Below, one piece after another: positions 1 to 14,296 of a stretch of 44,401 nt of DNA. Origin of the DNA: Conidiobolus incongruus B7586. Its lineage: Eukaryota. Both the position numbers and the translations under genes were made by a program. Numbering within the stretch: position 1 is the stretch's first letter; every line of letters begins with the position of its first letter. The notes under the pieces are model-generated. The model saw only the letters and a program-made list of their open reading frames with translations, searched no databases and had not been told where the DNA came from. The DNA lies in contig JNEM01008672.1 in assembly GCA_000697335.1 (NCBI GenBank), forward strand, positions 1 to 44,401. The letters are read 5' to 3'.

Positions 1-1922
1 TTTATAATATTAAAAAATATCAACATATTATTTTATATATTAACTATATTATAAATTATATATGTTATATATAATTAAAAAATTATAATCATATAATATA
101 ATATTATAGATCTGAAAAGTGAAATATAATTTTTAGAATCAATAATTAATTTGGTCATTTTTAAAGTTTAAATATTATAAATTGGATAATTAAAATAATA
201 TAAATAATGAAAACTACAGGATTTAAGATTATTATAAGCTATCTTTATTCGATATATTAATAAAAATATAAATATTAATTTAGCTATTAATTATGTTTAT
301 TAACTATGATATTCAGAAATAAAAAATATTCAATTATAAGCCATATATTATATTAATAGTTTAATTGAAAAAAAATTATTTTGAGAAAATAATTAAATAG
401 ATTATGAATATCAAAATATATAATATCAGCGGAATGATAATGCAACAGTTTTATAATTCTTATTTAACAAAAAAGTTTTAATATTATTGTTAAACTTAAA
501 ATATTATGGATTTTAGACATCAAAATGTATTCTATAAAAAATTAATATAAAAAACTGGTAGTTTTGACTTATATATATAATTATTTCGATATTATATAAT
601 AATATAATTAAATTAAAACTAAGTTCGATATTAATAAAAATGTAATTATACGACGAACAGATTGAGATTAATAATATATTTTGCCAAATTTTCAAATACG
701 GATGTTTTTCAACAAATCATGTAACATTGACAACACTACTATTAGCGCAATGGGTTTAGTTTCCTATTTTAGTCATATTGTATTAACAAAATATATTTGC
801 ACATCTATTATTACTAAAGAATAGTATTTAAAAAACAAAACTTTCAACATTAATTGAACATTTAAATTAATGCTTTATTTATAAATTTTATTTTATTGAT
901 TTAAAAATTTAAAGGAATATGGGCATCCAATTGTATATAAGACGATTTATTTTTTATATGTAGAATAAAAAATTTAAATTATATATTATATATTAGGTCT
1001 GATTTCTGATTTTTGTGATTTTATTTCCTTTATTTAAATATATATTTTTTAAATTGAGTATTAAGTCAAAATTTTCTCAAATAAATTTTAATAATAAAAT
1101 AATCAAAATTTTAATTAAAGTCGAATATTAATGTAATTATTTAATATGTAATTTTAATATAATTAGAGTTTTATAATGTTTGTGTATTTAAATATTTTTA
1201 TCAATTTATACTATATCTAATAATATTAAAAAATAATTTAATTATAATCTACAAAATTTAAACTACATATTATTGAATAATTTTTAACAAATAGAAATCA
1301 GGAAGAATTAATTTATTCAAAATCATGCATAGTTAAAATTGACATTTAATTCATAACGCCTAATTACCTTCAATTAACATTAAATTCTCCTCTATTATTT
1401 TATTAATTTAATTATAGTAGTACAAATTAAAAAAATTATTTATTTATTTATTTTATATTTAATTTTATAAAACATGAATATTTACTCAATTTAAAAAAGA
1501 TTTGTTAAATTTTAATATTGTAATATATATATAAATTATTTTTCATTATTTTAAAATTATTTTTTATAATAATTTTAAGTTAATTCATTTAAATATTTTA
1601 TCTAAAAATTTTTAATTTTATTCAATAAAACTATATTGATTATCATACTTTTATTAATTTCAATTGACTTAATCTTCATAAACAATTATTAAACTTGATA
1701 GTTACAAAATATATAGATATAAGTGTCACCTATTTCAATTACAGGATTATTTTTTAAGGATTGAATAGAACGTGGTAAATAGATTGATTAATCTCAAAAT
1801 GAAAATAAGAAAATATATATAATTAAAAATAATCAAATAATGGAAAAAGATTTAGAATAAATATATTGGTGGAGGATTTGATATGCTTTATTATGAATTA
1901 ATTAAATAAATATAAATAAATA

Positions 1923-3008
1923 TTAAACCAATTTGACCCAATGCTTCTCAGGGACTGTAGGATGTGATACATGTCCAAATATAGGGAATGCCGATTGGAA
2001 AGCTCCAACAGGTTCGGTATACTGGATGGTTGGCCTTGGAGTTGGTGTAGGATATTCTCTGGTAGCAATAGATGGTGTGTCACTGCGCAAATCGTGAATT
2101 TCCAACTTGTCCTCTTCACTCTCTGTGCACTTTGTGGTACTACCATAAATAGAAAAGCTTTCGACACTACCCTGGAGTTCTCCAAAGATATCTGGGAGTG
2201 CAGGATCGGCCACGAAGAAAAAGAAATTAACTAAACCTTGGATGGCTGTACAAGTTAGTTGAATAGCATCAATTATTTTGTTTGATTCTTCGTCAACAAA
2301 AGGACTAATTGTGTAAGTGACCATAAAGGGGAAGAGGCAAATGACAGGAGCCAAAGGGTATAAGATCAAGCGGGTAACAATTCGTTTAAGGTGGCCGCCA
2401 GTCAACTTACTTCCATGCTGGTCCATTTTTTTATGATTAGCAATTTTGATAATAACAACAATGAACACAGCAAAACAGTACAGAGTTCCAATCATAATCC
2501 AAAGCCCTGAAAGTAGCCAAAATAATAGAAGCTTCTTGTGTACTTCAAGTCCTACTAAAGGATCACAATAACCGGGTCTCATATATGTGAGGATAGCTGT
2601 TGGAATAATGATAATTGCTGGAATGATAACACATAAAAGAAAGTAGAACTGCTCAGACCTGACGAGGTGAGCTTTAGACATGATAAAGACGGCATGGATG
2701 TTAAATGCTAAAACACATGTAAAGCTAACTGTTATCAAATTCATCCAATTTGAAAGCACAGACAATACTTTACAAGTATCAGTTGACCCAACTAAAGAAC
2801 CAATAGCGATAGCATGCGTCAAAACATCGGATATAGTAATCCACATATACAACTTATAAGATAATCTTTTAGCCGCCCTAAATCTCAGAATCCTTGTGGC
2901 TATAATAAATAAAGCTACCAAAGCACTGGCAACCAGTGAGGCAATATTGATTTTAAGAAAAATTGGCAGAACATATTCTGCCATATATAACTGATATTCC
3001 TCATCCAT
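1923..3008 (-). CDS. 7TM G-protein-coupled receptor, cAMP-receptor (CAR)/Git3-like, intronless
   Basis: Seven hydrophobic segments. Motifs include SYKLYMWITISDVL, C-x-VLSVLSNWM, FTCVLAFNIH, RIVTRLILYPLAPVIC and IQGLVNFFFFVADP, typical of fungal/Dictyostelium CAR-like receptors. The first ATG is at 3008; the ORF-track start 3017 is non-ATG. Confidence 0.85.
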   Translation of the reverse strand: MDEEYQLYMAEYVLPIFLKINIASLVASALVALFIIATRILRFRAAKRLSYKLYMWITISDVLTHAIAIGSLVGSTDTCKVLSVLSNWMNLITVSFTCVLAFNIHAVFIMSKAHLVRSEQFYFLLCVIIPAIIIIPTAILTYMRPGYCDPLVGLEVHKKLLLFWLLSGLWIMIGTLYCFAVFIVVIIKIANHKKMDQHGSKLTGGHLKRIVTRLILYPLAPVICLFPFMVTYTISPFVDEESNKIIDAIQLTCTAIQGLVNFFFFVADPALPDIFGELQGSVESFSIYGSTTKCTESEEDKLEIHDLRSDTPSIATREYPTPTPRPTIQYTEPVGAFQSAFPIFGHVSHPTVPEKHWVKLV

Positions 3009-6000
3009 AATCACCAAAAAAAATGTTTAAGAATATTAAGATTAATGCATTGTATTTATATGTTTTCATTTATTTCCCATACTATTCCAATTAAACTTAA
3101 CACCTGTTCTGATTCTATTTATTGACATTAAGTATATTTTTTAAGATTCATCCGCAACTAGTCACTGAACCACTTAAATTGTTATTGTGCAACCCATTCA
3201 ATTTTACTGGGGATTGCAATTATCCTCACTTGGAGCAATCTATTTCTAAAGTCTTATGGCTAGTACCTCTTATTTGTTGATACTTGATCATGGGTGCCAA
3301 CTATTAAGAAATTAATTTCTTGGATTAACATAATTACAGAAATAATTATGAGGTTTTTGGCTGGTGTTCGGAATTGAATTCCATCCATTGTGGATAAATT
3401 CTCATCGGTGTAAAATTTCCCTTACTTGGTTCAAATAACAAAGCATTTATTACTAACAATTGATCATTGTTTAAATTATAAAACTGATTGTTTATTTAAT
3501 TTTATTTATTTGATTTTTGATTATATTATTATTTAGTAAATTTCTCTAACAATAGTTTATTGTTTAGTAATTTGATATTATAATATTACATATACCTTGT
3601 ATTGCATTTTAAACATTATGTGAATATAATTGGATATTCAGTCATATGAATGATATATAATGTGAATTATATTTCTGAATAATTTGTTTTAATTGGCTTA
3701 ATCATCTTTATTCCAATTAGCTTCTAAATATGATAGCACTTTAATTATTTATATACCATTTTCATAAACTAAATAGCATTTAAAATAAATTAGGAGGTAC
3801 ATAATAATATTTTAGCAATAATTGATATTAGTGTAAATATTTTTGTCAACTATTCAGTTACTATTATATTTAATAATATATTAAAATTTACAATTAATTA
3901 ATAATATTATATCAAACCTAACTTAATTATCCGTAAAGTGCTTTGTAATTAAGTTTGTTAATATTATATCAATATTTATATAAGATATAACTAGTTAATT
4001 GAAAAGAAAATCTGGAATCATAAATTGATTGGCTGATAATATACTGTTCTGATTAAGAATTCTAAATTTTAACAATTGAAGATTAGAATTACGTTTAATA
4101 ATATATAATATTAAGATATTGATAATTGAATTTAAATTTTGATAATGAATCAATGGCATTAATTATTGGTGTTATTAATTATTAATCGTTATTTCTATAA
4201 TTATAAAATGATAAATTATATTCATTATATTCTATATCAATTTAATTTTAAAACTTTAATAAAAAAATTGTTTTTGCTATGCTAATAACCCTCAAAGTTC
4301 ACTATTCAAAACAAATTTCAATCTAAAATTAGAAACTCAAATTTCCAAGCTTTTTCACAATGATTTCATTAATTTAGTAGACTTAGAATTCTCATAACAT
4401 TATATACGGATAAATAATGAGGGATTGATCAAAGAATTTCAAAATGAGTTCTGAAATTTGCTTTCGGGTCATTGTGCCCTCGTAAGTCCAGAATAATTCT
4501 AAATTAGTCAATTTTACGTATAGTTGTAAATTTATCATCACCGAATTAACAAGAAATTAACACAAGTAATATAGTAAAAATAATTTCTTGTGGATTGCTT
4601 AAAAAATTATGATTTTTTTACAAACTTTTGGAAAAGAATCCTTAACATTAGTAATTTGAAAATATATACGGATAATAATTGTGTTTGTTTTTATTGAACA
4701 TGACAATGGTTTGAAAAAGGAGTGAAATAATATTAATATAGGTTTAATACCAGTCAATTCAATATTAATCCAATATTAAAATCTTCAAAATCCAAAAACT
4801 ATTCCATTCATTGTCAATTGTTGAGTTTTTGTCAAACTAAAATTTATGCGATTACACCGGCTTTTACCAATAATATTTTCATATTTGAAATGTGGTCATA
4901 ATCTTTGCTAAAATGTTGTTTTTTACAGAGGTGGACTGTTCGGTATCACTTCAACAAGTATGATAAGATCACTAAAGGATATTTGGCATTTTAGTTTAAT
5001 TGTTTTTCATTTGACTAAGTTACTGTGTCTAAGGAAGAGTTATTCTAATTTTGAATTAATTGAATGGTAATTCAATAGTGTAAATATTATATTGGTATTG
5101 ATAATGATAATCTTTATGACTATATTAAAATATTCCTTGATCATTCATAATATCACTATCATTTATATTAACTCATTAATGTTATTATCAACTATTTCAA
5201 GTTTATATAATGTATTTTTAATTTAAAAATGAATGGAATCATTAAATTCAATAATTTGATAAATTTTCAACATTAGCGTCATTTACTTTGTGAACAACGT
5301 TCTAATTTAATGATTTTGTTTAGTTAAATTACTAGTCCTGTTATATTGACACAGCATAAAACAGGGAATAAGCCTTTGATTAATAGAAAAAGTTAATATA
5401 TTGTATATTGATAATATAACTTAAGTTTTAAGATTAATGTACTTTATCCAAATTCCAAATCATTAAGCCAACTATATCTTAATGATTATTCTTTTAAAAT
5501 TTCATTTTCATTGAAATAATAATTGAGCGAATATGGTTAAGAATATTTAACAACAAATATTGTGAACCTGGTCACTATATTATTTATGAATTGTAATTAA
5601 TTGATATAATTAATAATTGACTAATATGTTTGTGGATATTTATTACTCAATTTATGATTTTATATATTATTTAGAGCCAACTAAGTATAAAATGATATTT
5701 AAGATCAATTTTCAAGCTATAAGTACTTACAGAAATAGGAAAAATTACCGATTAGTAATAATTTTCCAATTTAATGACTACAGTTTAATTATAAATATTT
5801 AAATTTTATTCTATAGTTTATCAATTTCTGGTTAAATGAATCTGGATAAAAAAATTAAATAATAGTCTGACTCAATATTTAATAATATATGGGATAATAC
5901 AATTTTTATATTTGTTATACATAACTTAAGCCTACAAAAATTTAATTTTGAATGATAAAATCATCTTTAATATTAAATTAATCAAAATTCATAAAATTGA

Positions 6001-6327
6001 AAATTTGGATAAAAAATCACTCAACTCCACTTTGTTAATATATACATTTTATAAGGGAAATGTTTAATAAGAATTATAATATGAACTAAATCAAATTAAT
6101 TTTATAAATTTTTAGTTAGCAATAATATTAAGTATGAAATACCACATTGGATAAAAACAGTTTAATATAATAAAATAATTTAATTATTCTTTATTTTTTT
6201 ATATAATAAATTCTCCAAAAATATATATTTTTATTGAAATTCAAAATTATAAAATAGGTTTTAAATATGAAACAATATTATAGCCAAAGGAAATTTATTT
6301 CAAGATGAAATTAAAATTAGCTCATCA

Positions 6328-7921
6328 TTGTGTATAGTTAATAGCATTCACTCCAGGAAATGGACTGCAACTGAGGTCATGGAAGCTGTGATCGAGTTGA
6401 CAAAGCAGGCTCAAGAATTGACGAATAGTGTAGTACTTTTGCAAGAAACAGTAGCAATGAAAGCTGCATTTGATCTAGACAACAGAATCAGAGCTGGGAA
6501 AGAATTCTCTTAGAAAGAATATCCATTTTTCGGGTGTCCCTATATCAGTTAATTTCCTCCATGTCAAAGCTTGGCCCACTTGGAGCGGCTATCACAAAGC
6601 TGGTCGAGTGATACAGGAAGAAGAAGCAGCTCTTGTTACTCTCATGAGAAAGGCGCATTGTATCCCATACTGCAAAATTAATGTCCCTCAATTTGGTTTG
6701 TCAACTGAAACTGCCAATCCTGTATTTGGGGCTACTAAGAATCCATTCAATCCTAATTTTACTTCTGGTGGTAGCAGTGGAGGTGAAGCAGCTTTAATTG
6801 GAGCTCAGGGGTCAGTATTAGGTATTGGAAGTGATATTGGTGGTAGTTTGAGAGTCCCAGCTAGTTTTTGTGGAATCTACTCATTTAAGCCTACTCCTGG
6901 AAGATTTCCTATTTATGGTCACATGGTAATCATGTCAGGCCAAGATTCAATCAATACTTCGTCAGGACCTATGGGAAAAAGTGTTGAAGATGTTGAAGCT
7001 ATGTTTCGATATGTGATCAAATCTCAACCTTGGAAATTTGATGGTTATTGTACCAAGACTCCATACGAACCATACAACATTAGAAAAGATCAAAAATTCA
7101 AGATTGGATATATGGTAAATAATAATCTTTTTCCAGCGACTCCAGCTTGCGAGAGAGCAGTTTTAGAGGTAGTTGAGTTGTTGAGAAATCAAGGCCATGA
7201 AGTTTTTGAGTTTGATTTACCTGGAATTACCGATGCTTATCAGATAGCCAGCCGTATTTTGCTTGCAGACGGCTTAGAAAACGCTAAAAGGTTCATGGGG
7301 TGGTATGAGACTTATTCGGCATTAACCGCACCTGTTGTTAGAACTCTCCAAATTCCCAACCTTATTGTTAGAGGAATACGATTTTTACTCACTAATATTC
7401 TGGGCCAAAGGACTTTAGGTGATATTTTAGGTGTTTCAAATCTCCCTTCTGTCACCACACTATGGAATTACCAAGAAGAAAAAAATGATTTGAGCATACA
7501 AGCGCTTAAAGCTTGGACTAAGACAGGAGAGGAAGATGGTCATCAAATGGATATTTTGATTTGTCCCGTTAGCGCAATGCCTCCTCAGAAGCACAATACT
7601 TTCATGTACATTAGTCCAACCCTTTGGACCTGCATGATTTTCAACTTGCTGAACTATCCCAGTGGTGTCATCCCAGTAACTAAAGTAGATCCTGATTTAG
7701 ATAGATTGGATAACGTGGATAAATGGCTCAAAGAGAAATTACCTAAAGATTACAATGGAGGAACTTGGGCGCAAAAACTATGTTATTCGTTTTATAATAG
7801 CAAAGAAATGGCAGGACTTCCAATTGGAATTCAAGTTGCTGCGAAAAAATCAGAGGATGAAAAGGTGCTAGAATTTATGAAATACATTGATGGTTTGATT
7901 AAAACTCATCAAAACAAATAA
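6328..7921 (+). pseudogene. Amidase-signature (FAAH/acetamidase-like) gene, 5' part disrupted
   Basis: GGSSGGEAAL and GSDIGGSLRVPASFCG are intact in ORF 6608-7921. Upstream there is an in-frame TAG at 6511-6513 and a +1 frameshift at ~6526-6534 (EYPFF in frame 1, GVPISV in frame 2). GVPISVKD reads GVPISVN, so the catalytic Lys codon is missing. Confidence 0.7.
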
Positions 7922-9599
7922 TCAACATACTTAATCTTTTGATAACATATTTCACACTTGGTTATAATAAATTTATCTTAATGTCCTTATGGAAAAGTAT
8001 CATTGTTTAGAAATCAATACATCTATAATGTATATAATATTGGTTTTTCATTCAAATTATGGTAATTTATATAGCTTGAAATTCGTTTGATGATAATATT
8101 CATAATCATGTAAAAAATATTATTAAAAATATTTCAATCATATAATAATAATGAATATTTTGAATGAATATATTGATATCTACTGGAAAATATATATTAT
8201 AATTAATAATAATATTATGAATATTTAAGGATACTTAAAATTTATGACCTTTTTTGAATAAAAGTACAATATATAGATCTTGCTACAATATATTTTCTAG
8301 CATCATATTTTTAATTAATTCACAAGCCATATTAATTATCATAATTATAATATTTGTCCAATTGAAGTATTAGCCGTATCAGAGCAATATTATTTTACAA
8401 TTATCTATTCTTTATAAAAAAATCCTATTTTAGGTAAATATCATCATAAAATATTCATGTGCTATTCTTCACTGTAGATATAATTTATATTTTCAAAATT
8501 ATCGTTTTAAGTAAATTTTAATTTTATCGGTTAGGAATATAGTGACTATTCAAAAGGTAATATTATTAAAATATAATCTACAATACTCAACATTTAAACC
8601 ATAACACGACTAAATATTTTTAAAGATTATTCTTGCTCTTGAAATCGTTGTTTTAATTAGAAATTAATCAATGACCCTAAAGTTATTATAAGAGGTATGG
8701 TGGCCTAACTTTAGCCCTTAAACTATTTCTTAACAAGTTTATAGATTACCGTTTAAATGCACCCATTTTAAATAACTGATCATCAAAATATGATTCTTGG
8801 TTCGATAGTAATAACAAAATTGGATTTATAAAATATCCCATAATACTCAAAGGAAGTCGAGGTACTGGATTACAGCTAACACATCTTATTTCCTGATTCT
8901 AAAAGTTGTTGATCATTTACTCCAATAAACTTTCATTTCAATTTAAAATCTAATTCAAATGCATAATTATAATATTAAAAAATAAGTAAATTTATGTTAT
9001 ATAATATAAATTATTTATTTATACTACTTCAACAAGTGAATATTTTATATATCCAATAAAAATGTTTTTTAAAAAATCTAGTGAATTTTTGAATCAATTA
9101 AATATGATAAAATACTCAAAGTAAACTGTAATATTTTTAAATATGAATAATATAAAATTATAAATTGATATGTTAAATTTTTATTTAAGTCTAAAAATAT
9201 ATTAATTTTCATTGACCATTAACGAAAATTATTTTGATCAATTTTCAAAGTATGATTAGGTTTATAAATATAGTATAAAACATATAATATTGATTTTGAT
9301 ATAAAAGTTAAACAGTAGCAAACAATAGTAACCGGATTTTATAAATAAATATTGTTTTGATTTTTAGAATTATATATTCAATAAATTTGAATTTATTAAT
9401 TTTCCAAATATAAAGTATTTTATTGTTGTATACAAGTAATGATTATTTTGATTGAATTAGGGCAATTCCTCAAATAATTTGTGAGATTCAGCCATTTGAT
9501 CAAAAAAAAGATAATTAGAGTTAATTTTGTAAGTATAATATTCTTATAATCATCGTGAAAGGAATTATTTTTCTACAATGAGTAGATACAATTCTATCG

Positions 9600-11206
9600 A
9601 AGAAATTCAAACGATTGTAGCTTTGAAAGTGGCTAACAATGTCCGATTCAAGGAGTGGACTGCTAAACAAGTAATGTAAACAGTGTTCTAAATGGTCAAA
9701 CGACCTCACGAATTGACCAACGGTTTGATTCTTTTGAAGGAGAAGGCTATGTTGGAAACTGATGAATGTTGGATATCAATATTCAATCTAGAGTTTCATT
9801 TCCTGAATCTGAGTATCCTTTCCTGGGGTTTCACCATCAGTAAAAGATTTCTTTCGCGTTAAAAATTGGCCAACTTGGGGTGACTATGAGAAGTTGGGAG
9901 AGGTTGATCAACATGAAGGTGCTACTATTATTGTACAGTTGAGACAGTTGGGATGTATCTCTAATTGTAGGACTAATGTGCTACAGTTCAGATTGGCTAC
10001 TGAGACTTCGCATGGAGCGTTTAGTGTCACTAAGAACCCTTATAATCCAAAATTCAGATGGGGTTGAAGTAGTGATAAAGAGGATGTTTTAATTGGTGCG
10101 GCAGGCTTCATTTTGAGAATTTATAGTAACTTTGGAAATAGTTTAAGAGTTCTCTCAAGTTACTGTGGAATCTATTCGTTTTACCCAACTGATAGAATAT
10201 TTCCAGTAGCAGGTTATTTTCGATTCTCTTCGGGTCAAGTTTCTGATCTTACTTCTCCAGAGCCTATGGGTCGAAATGTGGATGACCCTGGAGCTGTATT
10301 TCGTCATGTTATACAGCTAAGGCCTTGAGAAATAAATATTGACAGTACTAAAACATCATACGAACTCTTTGAGTTATCTAAATATAAGCGGTATAAAATT
10401 GGATATATTGTCAGCAATGGTATGTTTTTTTCGACTCAGGCATGCAACCGCGCAGTACTAGAGGCAATAGTGCTATTAAAGAATTAGGAATATGAGGTAT
10501 TTGGTTCAACAAGCCAGGAGCAGCCGAACCTTATAAATTAGCTGGAGCTATCTTACTATCTGACAGCTTGGAGAATGCTAAATAATGTATGATTTGCTTC
10601 GAACCATTTACTTCCTCAATCGCATCATTAGTTAGAATCCTTCAAATTCCAAACTTTATCAAAAAGAGATTTACACTTTGAATTAACCAATTACTTAAAA
10701 CAAAGGGCATAAAGTGATTTACCAACCTTTTCAATCCCTACAACCGTTGTCGAGCTATGGAAGTATCAAAAGCAAAAGAACTTGTTAGAGAAAGAAGCTC
10801 CGGATACTTGGGCCAAAGTTGGAGAGGAGGATGGCCACCAAATGGATATATTAATTTGTCCTGTTTCTCCTCCCCAAATACACGATACCTTCATTACGAT
10901 CAGTCTGCCGCTGTGGCCTTGTATGGTCTTTAATATATAAAATTATCTAAGTGGTGTTATTTCAGTAACTAAGGTCGATGCTGATTTGGATCGAATGGAT
11001 AATGTCGACTAATAACTGAAAGAGAAATTACCCAAGGATTATAGTGGAGGTACTTGGGGACAAAAGAATTGTTATTCATTTTATAACAATAAAGAAATGG
11101 CAGATTTACCTAATGATGTTCAAAACGTGGGTAAGAAATCGAGCGATGAAAAGGTTTTAGAACTTATGAAGTATAAAATAATTTGGTTAAGTCTCATCGC
11201 AAATAA
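9600..11206 (+). pseudogene. Second tandem amidase copy, heavily degraded
   Basis: Colinear similarity to 6328-7921 (EWTAKQVM*, SVKDFFRVKNWPTW, KNPYNP, GEEDGHQMDILICPVS, KEKLPKDYSGGTWGQK). Many stops and frameshifts; the GGSSGG and GSDIGGS motifs are destroyed (WG*SSDK, IYSNFGNS). Confidence 0.9.
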
Positions 11207-11724
11207 GTATTAATTCTTAGATATCTTAATTTTTTCAAAATTTTCATATCTCGAACCAATAAACGAATAAATATTTTATAATCAATTCAATTATAGTAAA
11301 CTTGTGTTTAAATAATTTATATATCAAAAAAAAATTAATTAATTTATGTGATAAAGATATATTAAAAAATTAAAAATATCATAAATGAAATAAACAAACA
11401 ATTCTGAAAAAAAATTCTGAATTGGGTATAAATATCCTCAAATTATTTAATAACATAAATATCAATACGAGTGAAGATAAAGTCACAAATCTGAAATTCA
11501 AGCGAATTAGAATTGAAAATAGTTTAAAGGAATAAATTTAATTTAAATTAAGCTATATTAACTGAAATTAAATAAAAACTATAGTTGGAATTTCAATTAT
11601 TTGAATATTTAAGAAGTTAATGTTTAGGATATAATATATATTTATAAACATTATATAAATTCTATAATAGTTGGCTTATATTTTGTACTATACCAATATC
11701 GATCAAACATATTATTCTATTAAA

Positions 11725-12567
11725 CTATTTAACTTTTTCGCTTTCTTTAACTTGGGACAGTTTGAGTTTCTTTCTCTCCAACCTCAATAGTTTTTTACTA
11801 TTCTTGGGCTTGTGGGCAATTTTGACCATTTTTACTCTAAGTTGCATTAGTTCGGGCTTGATGGTGTCTTGGAATTGGATTCGAGAGTCCAGTTTGAGAT
11901 AGCTTGATGATGCGACTTTAGGTAGGGCTTGGATTGTTGATAGTAGAGAACCGAAGATTTGAGATGAGTTCTGGATATATAGGATTATGAATGTATGGCT
12001 TATCATAATAAACTATGTATATTACCTTAATACCAATCACTGAGCAACTTCTCATTCCCAATACTTGACTCAACTCGTTTTGGGAATCTTTTGGCAAGGT
12101 CACAATTGGTAAAGGATTGTCAAATTGTTGTAATAGTTTAGGCAAATGATCTACAAACACATCGCAGTTGATATCCTCTTTACACACTAATACTGAACTA
12201 ATTGTTGGCTGCGTATTAGTTTTTATACAATTTTGTAATTGTTGAGTGACGGAATTATTTCCAATAACTAGATGTTCTAAAACTTTGGAACGAGTTTTAT
12301 CTTTTGATACATCGGTTAAATTCGTCTTTAGTATTCTAATTTTTTTAGTATTGATAATTAAATTATAAAGCTTAGTTTTAGTGCTTAATACCTACTCCAA
12401 AAATTGTTTCAATATAGTTTGTTGAATATCGCATTCAATAGTGGGCCTACAATAAAAAGTTAAAAATATAAAAATATAATTATAACTAATTTTTACCATG
12501 ATGATTTTAATGGGTTATAAAGAGTTGGTTTTAATTCTATTCTATTGGACTCTTTTTTAGGTGCCAT
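11725..12567 (-). CDS. POP3: RNase P/MRP subunit Pop3/Rpp38-like (L7Ae family), spliced
   Basis: ATG at 12567. Spliced product: MAPKKESNRIELKPTLYNPLKSSW/PTIECDIQQTILKQFLE...HLVIGNNSVTQQLQ...VLVCKEDI...VDHLPKLL...LSQVLGMRSCSVIGIK, followed by a basic tail ending at 11725. Three GT-AG introns. Confidence 0.75.
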
Positions 12568-13189
12568 TTTTTTTTAATTAGGTATTTCTCAAAAATTGGA
12601 TATTTAATTAATTCCAAAAAAAATTATCATTATGGGATTAGAATCTAACTGTCTTAAATGAAAATAGAATAAAAAATATTCAATTAGATAATCAAAGGAG
12701 ATAAAAATATTTATTTTTTAATCTATTAATTTTTTATTTCTTATTTTTTATAATTCCTATAATAGCTCTAATATATTCATTACTGTATATTCATATTTTT
12801 TCAAGCGAAGTTTAAAATAACAATAATAAATTGAAATATTGGTTCAAATTTCTAAGCAACTCATTTAAAAACAAATTCAATTAATAACAAACATTTAAAA
12901 GGTTATCAATATATTATACCTCAATATTTTTATTTGATTGAATTCTAGATGTTGAAACCTACAAATCAATAAATCGAGTTCTTTAATATAAAACTCTGAT
13001 TTTTTAACAAATTTCATTAATTTATAGTCGAAAAAAGTCTCTTAAAAATTGAATCAGTCACATAAATATTAAATAATGATTGAATTCAAAATTATTCATT
13101 CAGTTTAATTATTTAGATATTTTGAATTTAATGAAATCTAATTTTCAAATTTTTTTGTACTATATATTGTTAAAAATTGAGAACAAATA

Positions 13190-14296
13190 ATGAGTGCAAC
13201 CTTAAGCTTGAAAAACCTCAATTGAGTTCAGAAGCGAACCAAAGTGTAATGAGTGTGAATACCTCGACCTTTTCCAACCAGCAGCAGGAGGACGAATCAA
13301 TGTTAGCTATATAGTTACCCGATTTAGTCGATTTGGTCGAAGACGCTCAAACTTAAAGAATATAATAAAATATTGTGAAAGAAATAAAATAAGCTGTTGA
13401 TAGATATGAAATGTATCTGAAATATTAGTTATTGAAATATTATATATTTATTGGAAAGTTTAGAATTGCAAAACGATATTAAAATTCATACTATGGAATA
13501 TTTAATTGATCATTTGACTGGAGCTAATGAACTTTATTATCAAGGTATGATTATATATCAACTGTCGATATCATAAACTCACATAATAACACTCTCCTAG
13601 TCAGCAGTACATTTGAATTCACATTTGATTTTCGTCTCCTAATCATTGCAGCTGATATTGGAATCAGAAGAGGGAGGAAAATTCGAGGAAAAACGAAAGG
13701 TTCTGGTTTGAAGTTATTGACATTGATGATGTGATTGATTTAGATTAGATCCTTTAAGTGTTTAATATAAATATAGAACCGTTAATAGCACTATGAATGC
13801 GCCAAATACATCAGGGCAACCTACAGAAGTACCCAGATTAAAGTGATTCCAGTACATTCCCATATACCTCTAATCCCATATTCAGACCAACAGTAACGGC
13901 ACCTAAATCTACACGACAGCCAACGTAATAATAAACGCTTTAGCCAAGAGTAGTCCAATCAATTTCTCCAAACTCGTAATCAATCTCCTAATCAACGGCT
14001 AAATCATTGGTATCTTTTTCCACAGTTTGTTAATAAGCGATTTTGGAGCTAAAATAGATTGGTCGAAATAACCATCTCATGTTGTATAGTCAAGCATTAT
14101 TATTTATTTATTCCAAATATTAATATAATTGATATAGCTAGTAATCAACCTCCAACCCATGAAGACTGTCACAAAGGATTGACTAAGAGACAGTGAATTT
14201 TTGGAATGAACCAGTTGACTTGGAAGGCTATGGCTAAACTGTTTAATTTAAAGACTTGTAATCCCTCATCAACCCTACGAAATAGAGAGGGATAAA
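13190..14296 (+). pseudogene. Decayed gene of unknown family
   Basis: GC-richer, codon-like blocks separated by intron-like AT segments bounded by GT..AG. All frames are interrupted by stops, e.g. QYI*IHI*FSSPNHCS*YWNQKREENSRKNERFWFEVIDIDD. Family not recognised. Confidence 0.35.

Noticed and set aside
513..695. Short I/N/F/Y-rich ORFs (513, 5617, 20957, 22261, 24363, 33183)
   Set aside because: Their composition reflects AT-rich non-coding DNA; most have non-ATG starts and none shows a motif.
1898..2234. ORFs 1898-2185 and 1971-2234, and similar overlapping ORFs (16027, 16722, 18185, 19012, 19851, 20079, 26333, 27827, 30204, 43700)
   Set aside because: Antisense or out-of-frame shadows of real genes.
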